Shown here: positions 1 through 9,351 of the stretch, piece after piece
Position numbering within the stretch: position 1 is the stretch's first letter
Layout of the letters: every line of letters starts with the position of its first letter
Origin: an uncultured Chloroflexia bacterium
GTDB lineage: Bacteria > Chloroflexota > Limnocylindria > Limnocylindrales > CSP1-4
NCBI GenBank assembly: GCA_963707215.1
Contig: CAVPPB010000003.1
Location: forward strand, 1,184,001-1,248,000
Reading direction: 5' to 3'
Length of the DNA stretch: 64,000 bases
Position numbers and translations under genes: made by a program
Notes under the pieces: model-generated
The model's input: only the letters and a program-made list of their open reading frames with translations
Told to the model about the DNA's origin: nothing
Databases searched by the model: none

Positions 1-2
1 TG

Positions 3-449
3 ACGGTCGACCAGCCACTGACCCCGGTCGCGGCACCCGGCGCTCCGGCCGGGACGGCGACGGTCGCCGGGTCGGCGCTGCCGGACCTGGCGCTCGCACG
101 CCCGATCGAGGGACGGGGACGGACGGCCGTCCTCCGTGCCGGACGGCGGTCGGTCGAGGTCGGGGTCCATGCCGTCGCCTCGGCGATGCCGGCGGGGACC
201 ACCCTGCGCGTCGACATCGCCGCCGAGCGGCGGAGGAGCGCCCTGCGAGCTCGGGTCTCGGCCGAGGCCGAGGGCGTTCGCGTCCGCGCCGGTATCGACG
301 ATGGGCCGGTCTTCGACCGCTTCTACATGGCCCCTCGCGCGACCGATGTCCAGCTCCTCATGGCCGCGATCGAGAGCGGCGGCCATGACCCGGTGACCGA
401 CGACGCCATCCGCCTGGCGGGAGCACTCATCGGGCCGGCCGTGACGTGA
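3..449 (+). CDS. opcA: Glucose-6-phosphate dehydrogenase assembly protein OpcA-like, C-terminal part (5' truncated by window edge)
   Basis: Frame is open from base 3 to TGA at 449 and overlaps the pgl start (GTGA). Position directly before pgl fits the zwf-opcA-pgl order; sequence similarity judged by eye only. Confidence 0.55.
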   Translation, partial: TVDQPLTPVAAPGAPAGTATVAGSALPDLALARPIEGRGRTAVLRAGRRSVEVGVHAVASAMPAGTTLRVDIAAERRRSALRARVSAEAEGVRVRAGIDDGPVFDRFYMAPRATDVQLLMAAIESGGHDPVTDDAIRLAGALIGPAVT

Positions 450-1246
450 GCGCACCGATCCGGCGAGACGTGGGGGAGCCCCGGGTGATCGTCCTACCCG
501 ACCCGGCCTCGGTCGCCGCGGCGACTGCCGACCGGATCGCCGCGGCGCTCGTGGTCGCGGTCGCCGAGCGGGGGGTCGCCCATTGGGTCACGACCGGCGG
601 CTCCAGACCACCGGACATCTACCGGGCCCTGGCGACACCGCCCCGACGCGACCGGGTGACCTGGTCGAACGTCCACCTGTGGTGGGGTGACGATCGCTTC
701 GTTCCCCGGGCGGACCCGCTCAGCAACGTCCGGTCGGCCGATGAGCTGCTGCTGGCGCCCGGCACGGGCGTCGCGATCCCGCCTGACTCGGTCCATCCCG
801 TGCCGACCGACGAGGCGTTCGACCGGGGCCTCGACAACACCTGGGCCGCAGAACGCTACGGGGCCACGATCAGCCGGCTCGTACCCGAGGGTCCCGACGG
901 CTGGCCGGTCTTCGACATCGCGCTCATCGGCGTCGGCCCCGACGGCCACCTGTTGTCGGTCTTCCCGGGCTCCGAGGCCTGGGACGCGACGACCGTCGCG
1001 CTGCCGGTCCCGGCCCCGACCCACGTGGAGCCGCACGTCGACCGGGTCACCCTGCACCCCGCGTTTCTCGACAGGGTCGGCGTACTACTGGTCGTCATCA
1101 CCGGCGGCGCCAAGGCCAGCGTCGTCGCCGACATCCTGGGGTCTGATCGCGACGAGCGCCGGCTTCCGGCCCAACGCGCCCGGCGGACCGGGGCGACCTG
1201 GCTGCTCGACGAGGCTGCCAGCGCCGGACTCGCTCGCCCGGCCTAG
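446..1246 (+). CDS. pgl: 6-phosphogluconolactonase
   Basis: TTGGSRP, WWGDDRFVP..D..SN, GVGPDGHLLSVFPG and RVTL motifs. Confidence 0.92.
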   Translation: MSAPIRRDVGEPRVIVLPDPASVAAATADRIAAALVVAVAERGVAHWVTTGGSRPPDIYRALATPPRRDRVTWSNVHLWWGDDRFVPRADPLSNVRSADELLLAPGTGVAIPPDSVHPVPTDEAFDRGLDNTWAAERYGATISRLVPEGPDGWPVFDIALIGVGPDGHLLSVFPGSEAWDATTVALPVPAPTHVEPHVDRVTLHPAFLDRVGVLLVVITGGAKASVVADILGSDRDERRLPAQRARRTGATWLLDEAASAGLARPA

Positions 1247-1917
1247 CGGTTCGCCAGCCAGACAGCGACGGCGCTCGACTCGACGGGTCCACCGTGCCCG
1301 AGGTGGAAGCGGCGGGCCCCTCCCTCGAGGAGCGCCCGGGTCGCGCTCATCGCGGCCGCTCCGTCGGCCTGGAAGTAGTGACCCAGCGGGCGGCCCGGAC
1401 CGAGACGCCCACCCATGCGGCCGCCTCGCAGGACGTCGCCGGCCAGGACGTCGCCGTCGGGAAGGAGGGCCGCCAGGGAGCCCGGGGTGTGGCCCGGCAC
1501 CGTCCGGAGCGACCCCGTGACGCCGTGCGGACGGAGGTCGAGAGCGTCGTCGATGATGAGGTCCGGCTCGAAGGCCGGGAAGGCCGTCGGGACCAGCGGG
1601 CGGATGAGCCGCGCCTCGAGGCCGCGCGGCACCAACCGGCCGCTTCGCCCGGCCCGGACCAGTCCGATGTCCGGTCGGCCCAGGGCGATCGGAGCGCCGG
1701 TCCGCTCGCGGAGCGCGGCAGCTGCCCCGGCGTGGTCGGCATGGCCATGACCGAGGACGATGAGCGCCAGGTCACCTGAACGGATCCCGGCCTGCTCGAG
1801 CGCCCGGAGGATGGAGCGCTCGTCGCCGGGGCTGCCGGCATCGAAGAGGACCGCACGGTCGTCGAGGATGAGATGCGTGTTCGACCAGGCGAGCCGGATC
1901 GTCTGGATCCGGGTCAT
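1243..1917 (-). CDS. MBL-fold metallo-hydrolase
   Basis: HGHADH, GHTPGS, GD and GHG motifs; ATG 1917 overlaps the upstream stop (ATGA). Confidence 0.88.
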   Translation of the reverse strand: MTRIQTIRLAWSNTHLILDDRAVLFDAGSPGDERSILRALEQAGIRSGDLALIVLGHGHADHAGAAAALRERTGAPIALGRPDIGLVRAGRSGRLVPRGLEARLIRPLVPTAFPAFEPDLIIDDALDLRPHGVTGSLRTVPGHTPGSLAALLPDGDVLAGDVLRGGRMGGRLGPGRPLGHYFQADGAAAMSATRALLEGGARRFHLGHGGPVESSAVAVWLANR

Positions 1918-2873
1918 GCGGCGCGTCCCTCGGCGTCGCCCTCCTGGTCGCGCCACCAGCGGACCGTCTCGACCAGAGCCGCCTCGAGCGGCGTCGCCCG
2001 GAGACCGAAGGCCCCCTCGGCCTTGGATGCGTCGAGGACGAACGGCTCCTCGAACTCGTAGGCCATCTCGATCATCTCGCGGGCCATCGGAACGAAGACG
2101 CCGGCAAGGAAGAGCATCGGCCTGGAGACCCGGCTCAGGCCAGGCACCCGAACGCCGGCCGCCGCGGCCGCGAGCTCGACGAAGCGAGCCTGTGAGACGG
2201 CCGGAGCGGTCGGCACGTGCCAGACCTCGCCGAGCGCGTCCGGCCGATGACCGAGCTCGATGAGCGTCGCAGCGAAGTCCGGCAGGTACGTGTACGAGTG
2301 GGGAAGGGCCGGGTCGCCGAACACCTGGACCTTCCGGCCGGCCAGGAGCGCCGGGAAGAGACGCTCGCCGACGACCGTGTCGGTGCCGCGCGGCCCGAAG
2401 TAGTCCGACGCCCGGGCGATGGTCACCGGGACGTCGCCGGCCCGGTGGGCCGCCATCAGGCGGTCGGCCAGCGCTGCCCGGGCACGGCCCTTGCGGGTCG
2501 TGGCGGCGTACGGAAGGTCTTCGGTGATCGGCCGGCCATGCGTCGGCGCGTACATGTAGAGGTTGTCGGCGACGGCCAGTCTGGTGCCCGATCCGGCAAG
2601 ACCACCCAGGACGCCCTCGGCGAGGAGCGGGAAGCCCCTCGGCCAGTCGGTATAGGCGGGCTGGCAGGTGAAGTACGCGACCTCGGCCCCGGCGGCCACG
2701 GCGCGGACGGCGGCCGGGTCGGTCAGGTCGGCGGTGGCGGGCTCGGCTCCGGCGACGACAGCGCGGCCGGATCGGCTGACGATGCGGACGGGCTCGCCGG
2801 CGGCTACCAGCTGCTCCGCGATGGTCGAGCCGATCGCGCCGGCTCCCAGGACGACGTGGCGGGGTGTGGACAT
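1914..2873 (-). CDS. NAD-dependent epimerase/dehydratase family (atypical SDR)
   Basis: GAGAIG Rossmann motif, DNLYMY, RASDYFGP, HSYTYLPD; SD AGGAG. Confidence 0.88.
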   Translation of the reverse strand: MSTPRHVVLGAGAIGSTIAEQLVAAGEPVRIVSRSGRAVVAGAEPATADLTDPAAVRAVAAGAEVAYFTCQPAYTDWPRGFPLLAEGVLGGLAGSGTRLAVADNLYMYAPTHGRPITEDLPYAATTRKGRARAALADRLMAAHRAGDVPVTIARASDYFGPRGTDTVVGERLFPALLAGRKVQVFGDPALPHSYTYLPDFAATLIELGHRPDALGEVWHVPTAPAVSQARFVELAAAAAGVRVPGLSRVSRPMLFLAGVFVPMAREMIEMAYEFEEPFVLDASKAEGAFGLRATPLEAALVETVRWWRDQEGDAEGRAA

Positions 2874-2949
2874 GAACGTGCTCCTTCTGTGCTCGGGTTC
2901 GTGACGGGGGAAGACGGGGACGGCCGGCCGGGTCGGTCGGCGACAGCGA

Positions 2950-3603
2950 TCAGCGAGCGGCGAGCCCCCCCACCAGGCCAGCGAAGAGGTCGTCGATGGT
3001 CCGCTCGGCCGCCAGACGCGGATCCGTCGGCTGGCCGCTCGTCCCGCTGTCCAGGCCCATGTGCCCGTATAGCGAGGCCAGGCCGTGGACCGTGCTCCAG
3101 ACGAGCAGGCCGAGCCGGAACGGGTCGTCGCCCGGCAGCTCGCCCAGCGCCTGGGCCGCCGCGCACAGCTCGATGAGCCGGCTGTAGGCCGCCTCGCCCG
3201 GCGGGTCGTCGCACGGCGCGAACATCACCCGGAAGAGCCCCGGATGCTCCACCGCCTGCATGACGTAGACGAGGCCGTAGGTCCGGAGCGACTCGACGGG
3301 GCCGGCCCCGGGTCGGATCTCCCGATCGAGCCGCTCGACCAGGAGATCGAAGCCGCGCTCGGCCACCTCGTGGAGGAGCTCGTCGCGGTCGCGAAAGTGG
3401 TGGAGCGGGGCCTGGTGAGAGACCCCGACGAGTCGGGCGATACCACGGATCGTCACGGCGTCCGGCCCGCCACCTTCCACGAGCTGGATCCCGGCGTCGA
3501 TGCAGGCCGCTCGAAGGTCGCCGTGGTGATAGGCGGTCCGGCTCGGGGGCGTCTCGCCGGCCCCACGGGCCTGGGTCGGTCCGGGTGTCGCTGTCCGGCT
3601 CAT
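2950..3603 (-). CDS. TetR/AcrR family regulator with WHG-type C-terminal domain
   Basis: YHHGDLR N-terminus, HTH TIRGIARLVGVSHQAPLHHF, WSTVHGLASL; SD AGGAGG before ATG 3603. Confidence 0.9.
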   Translation of the reverse strand: MSRTATPGPTQARGAGETPPSRTAYHHGDLRAACIDAGIQLVEGGGPDAVTIRGIARLVGVSHQAPLHHFRDRDELLHEVAERGFDLLVERLDREIRPGAGPVESLRTYGLVYVMQAVEHPGLFRVMFAPCDDPPGEAAYSRLIELCAAAQALGELPGDDPFRLGLLVWSTVHGLASLYGHMGLDSGTSGQPTDPRLAAERTIDDLFAGLVGGLAAR

Positions 3604-3631
3604 CGTTCGAACGGCCTCCTGCATGCCGTAT

Positions 3632-3674
3632 GTTGACAGTGCCAACTTTACGCCGTCAACTTGACCCTGTCAAG
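3632..3674 (-). promoter_or_regulatory. Sigma70-type promoter of the tetR operon with two palindromic operators
   Basis: Minus strand TTGACA (3673-3668), 17 nt, TAAAGT (3650-3645). Palindromes GTTGAC-N3-GCCAAC (3632-3646) and CTTGAC-N3-GTCAAG (3660-3674). Confidence 0.75.
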
Positions 3675-3719
3675 GTCCGCTGCTCACGGCGGCGTCCTGC
3701 GCTCGGGTACGCTCGCTGC

Positions 3720-4568
3720 GTGGCTGCCCCGCTCCCCGCCCACGGCCGGGTCCGCGGACCCGACGACACGCCGATCGCCTGGTTCCGAGAACCGGCCGGC
3801 CCCGCTCCGGCCGAAGTCTCCGATGGGCGTCCGGCGCTCCTGCTGGTCCACGGCACGACCGCCGACCACACGACGTTCCGGGTATTCGGGCCGAGGATGG
3901 CCGCGTCCCGGACCACGATCTCGATGGATCGCCGAGGGCGTGGCGCCTCGGGCGACGGGCCGGAGCACACCTTCGCCCACGAGGTCGAAGACGTCGCCGC
4001 CGTCGCGGGCGCGCTCGCCGCGGTGACCAGCGGGCCGGTCGACGTCTTCGGCCACTCGTTCGGTGGCCGTTGCGCGCTCGGGGCAGCAGCGCTGGCGCCG
4101 GCCTCCATCCGCCGGGTGGTGAGCTACGAGGGCGCGGTCCGCGAAGGCGACCCGATCGGCGACGACCGCCTGGTCGACCGACTCGAGCGGCTGCACCAGG
4201 GAGAGCGCTGGCCGGAGCTCCTCGAGACGTTCCTGCGCGACGGGGTCGGGATGTCCGACGACGAATGGCGGACGTTCCGCGAGGCCCCGGTCTGGAGGCT
4301 CCGTCTCGCGGCCGCCCGGACGGTCGTCCGCGAGTTGCGGGCCGGCCGCGATCCCGAGGGGTCGCTCGACCGGCTGGCCGCACTCCATCAGTCGGTCCTC
4401 CAGGTCGTCGGATCGGAGAGCTCGGCAGCCTTCGTCGAGGGGGCTCGCGATCTCGCCGATCGACTCCCCGACGGACGGCTCGCCGTGATCGAGGGCGCCC
4501 GCCACGCCGCCCATCACACGCACGTCGACGAGCTGGCGCGGCTGGTGACCGGGTTCCTCGACGGCTGA
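3720..4568 (+). CDS. Alpha/beta fold hydrolase
   Basis: LVHG, DRRGRGAS, GHSFGG nucleophile elbow, C-terminal His; TACGCT 6 nt before GTG. Confidence 0.88.
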   Translation: MAAPLPAHGRVRGPDDTPIAWFREPAGPAPAEVSDGRPALLLVHGTTADHTTFRVFGPRMAASRTTISMDRRGRGASGDGPEHTFAHEVEDVAAVAGALAAVTSGPVDVFGHSFGGRCALGAAALAPASIRRVVSYEGAVREGDPIGDDRLVDRLERLHQGERWPELLETFLRDGVGMSDDEWRTFREAPVWRLRLAAARTVVRELRAGRDPEGSLDRLAALHQSVLQVVGSESSAAFVEGARDLADRLPDGRLAVIEGARHAAHHTHVDELARLVTGFLDG

Positions 4569-4611
4569 GACGGCGTCGCCTGCATCCCGGCCGGCCGACT
4601 ACCATCGGCCC

Positions 4612-5742
4612 ATGACCGAGAACACGCCGACCGCTGCCGCCACCCTTCCCCTCGACGACCGTCCGTACTCCCCCGGCCTCGAGGGCGTCATCGCCGCGGA
4701 GACCGCCTTGGGCTACGTCGACGGTGCCGCCGGCCGACTCCTGTACCGCGGCTACAGGATCGGCGACCTCGTGGAGCGCGGATCGTTCCCGGCGGTCGCG
4801 GAGCTGCTCTGGACGGGCGAGTGGGATGCCTCCGCCCGGCTGGCGGCGGCGCCGGTCCCCGATGCGGTCATGACGGTCCTGCGGGCCCTGCCGCCGACCA
4901 CGAAGCCGATGGACGCCCTGCGGACCGCGGTCTCGGCCTGGGGCGCGACCCAGGCGCTGGGCTGGCCGCCGACCGTCGAGGACGCCAGGGCAGTCACGTC
5001 CTTCTCGCCGTCGGCCCTGGCCGCCTTCGCCCGGCTGCGCGCCGGTCTCGAGCCGATCGCGCCCGACCCTGATCTCGACCTCGTCGAGGGGTTCCTCTAC
5101 CAGCTGGCCGGCGAGCGCCCCGACCCGGGCACGGCACGGGCCCTTGACGCCTACTTCATCGTCGGTGCCGAGCACGGCCTCAACGCCTCGACGTTCGCGG
5201 CCCGGGTCGTCGTCTCGACACGCTCGGACATGGCCTCGGCCGTCGTCGGGGCGATCGGCGCGATGAAGGGGCCCCTCCACGGCGGCGCCCCATCCGAGGT
5301 CGTCGAGCAGATCCACCAGGTCGGCTCGCCCGAGCGGGCCGAGGCCTGGGTCCTCGAGGCGCTCGACCGGGGCGACCGGCTGATGGGCTTCGGCCACCGC
5401 GTCTACCGGGCCTACGACCCGCGGGCCTCGGCGCTCCGCAAGGTCGCCGAGTCGATGGAGACCCGGCCGGACTGGCTCGAGCTGGCCGTCGCGGTCGAGG
5501 ACGTCGCCCTGCGGATCCTCGCGGAGCGCTACCCGGACCGCGCCCTCCGCACCAACGTCGAGTACTACGCGGCCCCGGTGCTCATGGGGGTGGGCCTGAC
5601 CCCGGACCTGTTCCCGGCCGCCTTCGCCCTGGCCCGCCATGCCGGCTGGACGGCCCACGTCCTGGAGCAGGCCGCCAACAACCGGCTGATCCGGCCCGAC
5701 GCCCGCTACACGGGACCGGCCGAGCGCGACCTACCGGGCTGA
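4612..5742 (+). CDS. Citrate synthase / 2-methylcitrate synthase (short, CitZ/PrpC type)
   Basis: PGLEGVIA, LLYRGY, EHGLNASTF, GPLHGGA, MGFGHRVY..DPR, NVEYY, RLIRP. Confidence 0.92.
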   Translation: MTENTPTAAATLPLDDRPYSPGLEGVIAAETALGYVDGAAGRLLYRGYRIGDLVERGSFPAVAELLWTGEWDASARLAAAPVPDAVMTVLRALPPTTKPMDALRTAVSAWGATQALGWPPTVEDARAVTSFSPSALAAFARLRAGLEPIAPDPDLDLVEGFLYQLAGERPDPGTARALDAYFIVGAEHGLNASTFAARVVVSTRSDMASAVVGAIGAMKGPLHGGAPSEVVEQIHQVGSPERAEAWVLEALDRGDRLMGFGHRVYRAYDPRASALRKVAESMETRPDWLELAVAVEDVALRILAERYPDRALRTNVEYYAAPVLMGVGLTPDLFPAAFALARHAGWTAHVLEQAANNRLIRPDARYTGPAERDLPG

Positions 5743-5837
5743 CGTCGATCCTGGATCGACCCCCGCTCCAGCCGCGATCGCGGACGGTATCCTGCACGCC
5801 TGCGTCCCGTTCGGGCGCCGTCAAGGTGAGGAGCGAG

Positions 5838-6263
5838 ATGGCCCCCAAGGATCCCAAACTCGACCTGCTCCGTTCGATCGGGCTGTTCTCGCGGCTCGAC
5901 CGACGCGGTCTCGAGCGCCTCGGGCAGCTCGTGGACGAGGTCGAACTGCCCGCCGACAAGGTCCTGATGCGCCAGGGCGACACGGGCGCGGAAGCCTTCA
6001 TCATCGTCTCCGGAAGGCTCGCCGTCGTCCGGGACGGACGACCGTTGCAGGACCGAGGCCCGGGCGAGATCGTCGGGGAGATCGCCCTGCTCTCGGAAGG
6101 ACCGAGGATGGCCACGGTGACGACCGCCGAGCCGAGCCGCCTGCTCGTCCTCGGGCACCGGGAGTTCCATGCCCTCATGGACGAGCAGCCGGCGATCCGC
6201 CTCGCCGTGCTCGATGAGCTCGCCGTTCGCCTTCGTTCGCTGGAGGAGCTCACCGCCCGCTGA
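5838..6263 (+). CDS. Stand-alone cyclic nucleotide-binding domain protein
   Basis: GEIVGEIALL..GPRMATV phosphate-binding cassette; no HTH; SD GAGGAG. Confidence 0.88.
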   Translation: MAPKDPKLDLLRSIGLFSRLDRRGLERLGQLVDEVELPADKVLMRQGDTGAEAFIIVSGRLAVVRDGRPLQDRGPGEIVGEIALLSEGPRMATVTTAEPSRLLVLGHREFHALMDEQPAIRLAVLDELAVRLRSLEELTAR

Positions 6264-6306
6264 AGCTCCCGGCGGCCCGGACCGACCGGGAGGACGCGGT
6301 CGCCCG

Positions 6307-8304
6307 TCAGTCCAGGGACGCCACCTCGACCGGTTCGCGGATCCCGCGCAGGCGCTCCCGGCGCAGCGGTCCGTGCGCATCGGCCCGCCCGGCAGCTTCC
6401 ATCGTGGCGCGGCTGACGAGGATCTCGTCCGGTCCGGCGAGCGCCCCGATCCGGGCGGCGACGTGGACGCCGCGGCCCTCGAAGCCCGATGACGTTCGCA
6501 GCGCCTCGGCCGTGTGCAGCCCGATCCTCACCGCCGGCGCGAACCCGTGCTGGCGGCGATGGTCGAGAAGCTTCCGGCGGATCGCCATCGCGCAATCGAT
6601 GGCCCCTGAAGCCGACTCGAAGGAGACGAAGAACCCGTCGCCCGCGTGGTGGATCTCGCGACCCCCATGGGTGCGCAAGAGGGCCCGGATGGTCGTGTCG
6701 TGCCACGCCAGGAGCCTGCCCCAGGCTTCATCCCCGACGGCCTCGATCAGGCTCGTGGAGCCGACGATGTCGGTGAACATGAACGTCGCCGACGACAGGT
6801 CCGGGAGGGGCCCGTGGGCCTGGGGGTGGTCGGACGGCAGGTCGCGCGCCCGGGCGGCGGCCGTGTCGGCGCCGAGCGCGGCGTAGGCCGCGGACGCCGC
6901 GCCTGCTTCGAGGACCGCCGCATCGAGGTCGCCAGCGGCCAGGAACGCGGCTGCGAGACCCTCGCGAGCGCTCGCGCTCTCGTAGGGGGCGCCCGTGGCG
7001 GACCACGCTTGGACCGCGTCCCGGAAGGCCGCGATCGCGGCCTCGGCATCGCTGCCTGCGATGGCGACCCGACCGCGGGCGGTCAGCGCCTCCGCGCGAA
7101 GGACATCGGTCGCGAACGTGGTCGCCGTCGACTCGAGGCTCGCGGTCGCGGCCTCGGCTCGGCCGAGATCGCGGACGGCGATCGCAGCGACGACCTCGGC
7201 CGGCAGCAGCCGAGCTCGCCGGAGCGGGATGAGGGTCGGATCGGCGAGCGCCCGCGCGAGGAGGGTGGCCGCCGCCTCCGGTCGCCCCTGGTCGAGCCGG
7301 AGCAGGGCGAGGCCCGGCAGGGGATCACGACCCAGCCGGTGGGCCTCGGTGAAGGCTGCATCGGCGCCCGGGAGGTCGCCCATCCGACGACGGATCTCGC
7401 CGATCTGGTAGAACCCCTCCGCTGCGAAGTCGTGGCTGAAGTCGATGAGCTCCTCGCAGGCGAGGCGGGCCTCCCTCTCGGCCTGCTCCCATGCCCCACG
7501 AAGGGCGATGAGCTCGACCGTTCGCACGCGGCACATCCCAGGGAAGCCCGCGATCGACTGGCGGTCGCACCATCGCTTGGCCGTATCGGCGAACGCCTGC
7601 GCTCGACGGAAGTCGGTCAGGTCCTCGCAGGCGATCGTCGCATTGCAGAAGACCGCGGCTGCGGGATACGGCGAAACCTCGCCGGCCAGCGCCGCAACGA
7701 CGGCCTCGTCGAGCGCCTCGAGGCCTTCCTCCACCCGGCCCTGGGCGATGAGGACCCGACCGCGGTCCTGGAGCCCCATCACCTCGAGGTCTCGATCACC
7801 GAGCTGGGTCCCGATCGAAAGGACCTCGTCGGCCAGGGCGAGCGCCTCCTCGACGTCGCCCGCGGACAGGGCGCGACCGACACGTGCCCGGGCGAGCCAG
7901 CCGTGGGCCGGTGAGAGCGGCAGGTCGGCGAGCAGTCGTTCGGCCCGCTTGATCCAACCCGCCCCGATGGCCGCCTCCGACCGGTAGCCGTGATCCGTCG
8001 CCAGGTGGATGGCGACCCTCGCCGCCCGATCGGGCTCACCCTCGGCGAGGTAGGCGGCCACCGCCCGCTCCCGGTAGTCGATGGCGTCACCGAGCCGTCC
8101 GGACCACCAGGCCGCCTCGCCAAGGCCATCGAGGTCGACCCCGGCAAGGGTCGTGGCAGCCAGCCCCAGCGCCTCGACCTGCGCGTGCTCGCGGAGCGCA
8201 TCGGCCCAGCGCCGCTCGGCAAGGGCCGTCCGCATCGCCTCCAGGGCATCCGCCAGCGCGGGGCCGGCGATCCCGGGCGAGGGTGGGTCGGGACGCGACT
8301 CCAT
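6307..8304 (-). CDS. TPR-like (MalT/LuxR-type) sensor region fused to a C-terminal class III adenylate/guanylate cyclase
   Basis: Helical repeat N-terminus; C-terminal FMFTDIVGST, GDGFF, VRIGLH, GRGVHVAARI, EILVS. Confidence 0.85.
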   Translation of the reverse strand: MESRPDPPSPGIAGPALADALEAMRTALAERRWADALREHAQVEALGLAATTLAGVDLDGLGEAAWWSGRLGDAIDYRERAVAAYLAEGEPDRAARVAIHLATDHGYRSEAAIGAGWIKRAERLLADLPLSPAHGWLARARVGRALSAGDVEEALALADEVLSIGTQLGDRDLEVMGLQDRGRVLIAQGRVEEGLEALDEAVVAALAGEVSPYPAAAVFCNATIACEDLTDFRRAQAFADTAKRWCDRQSIAGFPGMCRVRTVELIALRGAWEQAEREARLACEELIDFSHDFAAEGFYQIGEIRRRMGDLPGADAAFTEAHRLGRDPLPGLALLRLDQGRPEAAATLLARALADPTLIPLRRARLLPAEVVAAIAVRDLGRAEAATASLESTATTFATDVLRAEALTARGRVAIAGSDAEAAIAAFRDAVQAWSATGAPYESASAREGLAAAFLAAGDLDAAVLEAGAASAAYAALGADTAAARARDLPSDHPQAHGPLPDLSSATFMFTDIVGSTSLIEAVGDEAWGRLLAWHDTTIRALLRTHGGREIHHAGDGFFVSFESASGAIDCAMAIRRKLLDHRRQHGFAPAVRIGLHTAEALRTSSGFEGRGVHVAARIGALAGPDEILVSRATMEAAGRADAHGPLRRERLRGIREPVEVASLD

Positions 8305-8312
8305 GGCTGGGG

Positions 8313-9314
8313 CTATAGCCAGCCCTGGCGGCGGAAGAACAGGACGGTCGCGGTCAGCATCGTGCCCATCAAGGCGATGACCAGCCAGAAGGCGACCAGG
8401 TTCCCCTGGCCGGGCACCTCGACGTTCATCCCCCAGATGCTGGCCACGAGGGTCAGCGGCATCAGGATGACGCTGACCGAGGTCAGGACCCGGAGGATGG
8501 AGTTCAGGCGGTGCGAGAGGACGCCCTCGTTGGTGGTCTCCAGCGCCTCGACGACCTCCTTGTAGTTCTCCAGGATGTCCCAGATCCGCTCGGCGGCGTC
8601 GGAGATGTCGTCGAAGTAGATCTCCAGGTCCTCGGCCAGGTAGCGCTGCTTGGTCCGTTCGAGGTCTCGGAGAACAGCCCGCATCGGGCGGACGATGCGC
8701 CGGAAGTTGATGATCTCCTGCTTCGAGTTGGAGATGTCGCGGACGACCTCGTCGCTGCGGCCCTCGAAGATGTCGTCCTCGATCCGGTCGAGCTTGTGGC
8801 CCATCTTGCGGAGCATCGGGAACGACGCGTCGACGCAGGCGTCGACGAGCTTGTAGAGCAGGTAGCCGGAACCCTTGGAGAAGATCTGCTCGCGGAGCTC
8901 GTCACGCTCCGAGTAGCGCTCGAACAGGGCCTCCAGGGGTGGGATCGGCTCGTTAGGCAGGGTCATCAGGTAGTCGGGCCCGATGAACAGGTCGAGCTCG
9001 GCTGGCGCGAGCCGGTCCGCGGCCTTGTCGAAGATCGGGAACTGGAGGATGACGAACAGGTAGTCGTCGTAGGCGTCGAGCTTGGGCCGCTGGTTCCGCG
9101 AGTAGAGGTCCTCGAAGTCGAGCGGGTGGAACTCGAAGGTGTCCTCGATCCAGGACCGATCAGCCAGCCGAGGCCGGGTGATGTTGATCCAGCGGAGACC
9201 GGCGGCCTCGATGACCTCGGGCTCGGAAGGCTCGTTGGCCGGCAGGGCGCCCGGGGTCGACCCGTTACCGCCGGTGCGGCGGAGCCGGGGTAGCGGTCGC
9301 GGGAGGTTCGGCAT
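8313..9314 (-). CDS. corA: Magnesium transporter CorA family
   Basis: FHPLDFED, QRPKLD, MPLTLVASIWGMN signature, two C-terminal TM helices. Confidence 0.93.
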   Translation of the reverse strand: MPNLPRPLPRLRRTGGNGSTPGALPANEPSEPEVIEAAGLRWINITRPRLADRSWIEDTFEFHPLDFEDLYSRNQRPKLDAYDDYLFVILQFPIFDKAADRLAPAELDLFIGPDYLMTLPNEPIPPLEALFERYSERDELREQIFSKGSGYLLYKLVDACVDASFPMLRKMGHKLDRIEDDIFEGRSDEVVRDISNSKQEIINFRRIVRPMRAVLRDLERTKQRYLAEDLEIYFDDISDAAERIWDILENYKEVVEALETTNEGVLSHRLNSILRVLTSVSVILMPLTLVASIWGMNVEVPGQGNLVAFWLVIALMGTMLTATVLFFRRQGWL

Positions 9315-9351
9315 CGTCCCCTCCTCGGGCCCGGGTCTTCATGAGCGCATC

